From: Chrysomallon squamiferum
Lineage: Eukaryota; Animalia; Mollusca
DNA length: 64,000 nucleotides
Direction: 5' to 3'
Assembly (NCBI GenBank): GCA_012295275.1
Contig: CM022677.1
Span: forward strand, 7,068,001-7,132,000
Under the pieces are notes generated by a model, which had not been told where the DNA came from, made no database searches, and saw nothing but the letters and a program-made list of their open reading frames with translations. The translations under genes were made by a program, and so were the position numbers. Positions within the stretch are counted from its first letter, which is position 1; each line of letters opens with the position of its first letter. Below are positions 62,924-64,000 of this stretch, piece after piece.

Positions 62924-64000
62924 AGTTTCACTGGTTTTATGTTTACATACACATTCAATTTCCCTCTCAAAACACACTATAACATTTTCGAATACAATAC
63001 ATTTGTTAAAATTTTACATATAAATATAATTATTTTTAGTGCTTGTTGTGAAATATTAAACGTATTTAAAACTGTTTCTGTTTCTGTGTGAATTTCTGTC
63101 TACAGATCTCAGTCTATCTGCTTCTTTCTGATACGAACAAGAGGCATGTTCTCTTTCTCACACAACAAACAAACAGTGACAGAGATAGTATATATATCAT
63201 ATTGATATATATTAACACACACACACAAACACACACACATACTAACACACATTACAGTGACAGAAATAGGACAACACACACACATTATTTTGTTATTATT
63301 ATTATTATAATTATTATTATTATTATTATTATTAGTCAATTTCATGGACTAGGTAGTCTAAGGGAAATAACTCTGTTGTCCTTTAATAATACAAATCGTA
63401 ATTAATAACAACAAAACAAATTTTAACAAATGAAAACACTATAAAAAAATAATAATGATGATATATTTTCATTTAATTTGTTTAGTTAAGTGCTATTAAG
63501 TAATTATGACAATGAAGCGAAGTAACAATTAGCGTAACCATTTCTCAATAGCAGAACAAATAACTGAAAGACAACAACGAAAAACCTGTAACATCTAAAT
63601 TGATAAAGAAAAATGTGTATTTAAACTGATTATTGTTTAAAATTTTACACCATTTAAAACTGTTAATGGAGAAAGAAGTAAAGAAATAAAGAAGAAATTA
63701 TATTACATTTTTTATGGTGTATGGGAGATAGTGTTTAATTATTCAGCGAAGCTAAATAAATATAAAATATAAAAACGAGAATTGTTCACATAACAGACGA
63801 TTATAGAAAAAGAAATAAAACGGTTTCAGAAAAAAACGAGTAATCGTGATGAATTAAAAATTAGATATAATTTAACTTCATTTCATATATTACATGTACA
63901 GATTTTTCGTTGCCCGAGTTATTCCCCTTAGACGATGAATGGTTTTCGCTTTAACTCAATTATAAACATTTAGTAATATTTTATTTTGAAGGTTATGCTA

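Overview
Very AT-rich, microsatellite-dense eukaryotic DNA with GT-AG introns. It is an invertebrate; a mollusc or other lophotrochozoan is my inference from the gene content and repeat style. There is no CRISPR array, rRNA, intact tRNA or autonomous transposon, and nearly all listed ORFs are microsatellite artefacts. The window holds three damaged or rearranged genes. (1) A ~11.4/11.8 kb tandem duplication (2848-14220 and 14221-~26047) carries two decayed copies of a minus-strand multi-exon leucine-rich-repeat gene, including a 64-bp minisatellite made from one LRR. (2) A plus-strand MCC (colorectal mutant cancer protein) homolog at 34909-41605 has five disrupted 5' exons, while the last four exons are intact and end in the PDZ-binding motif ETSL. 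(3) A minus-strand TRIM-like gene (truncated RING, intact 275-aa NHL propeller ORF) sits in the one full-length unit of a four-unit tandem array whose other three units share the same ~9.2 kb deletion. I cannot support a new biological system with confidence. The best leads are the selectively intact C-terminal modules, the deleted-unit array, and minisatellites built from an LRR and from a splice acceptor. All alignments and translations were done by eye, and homology calls are from recall, not database searches.
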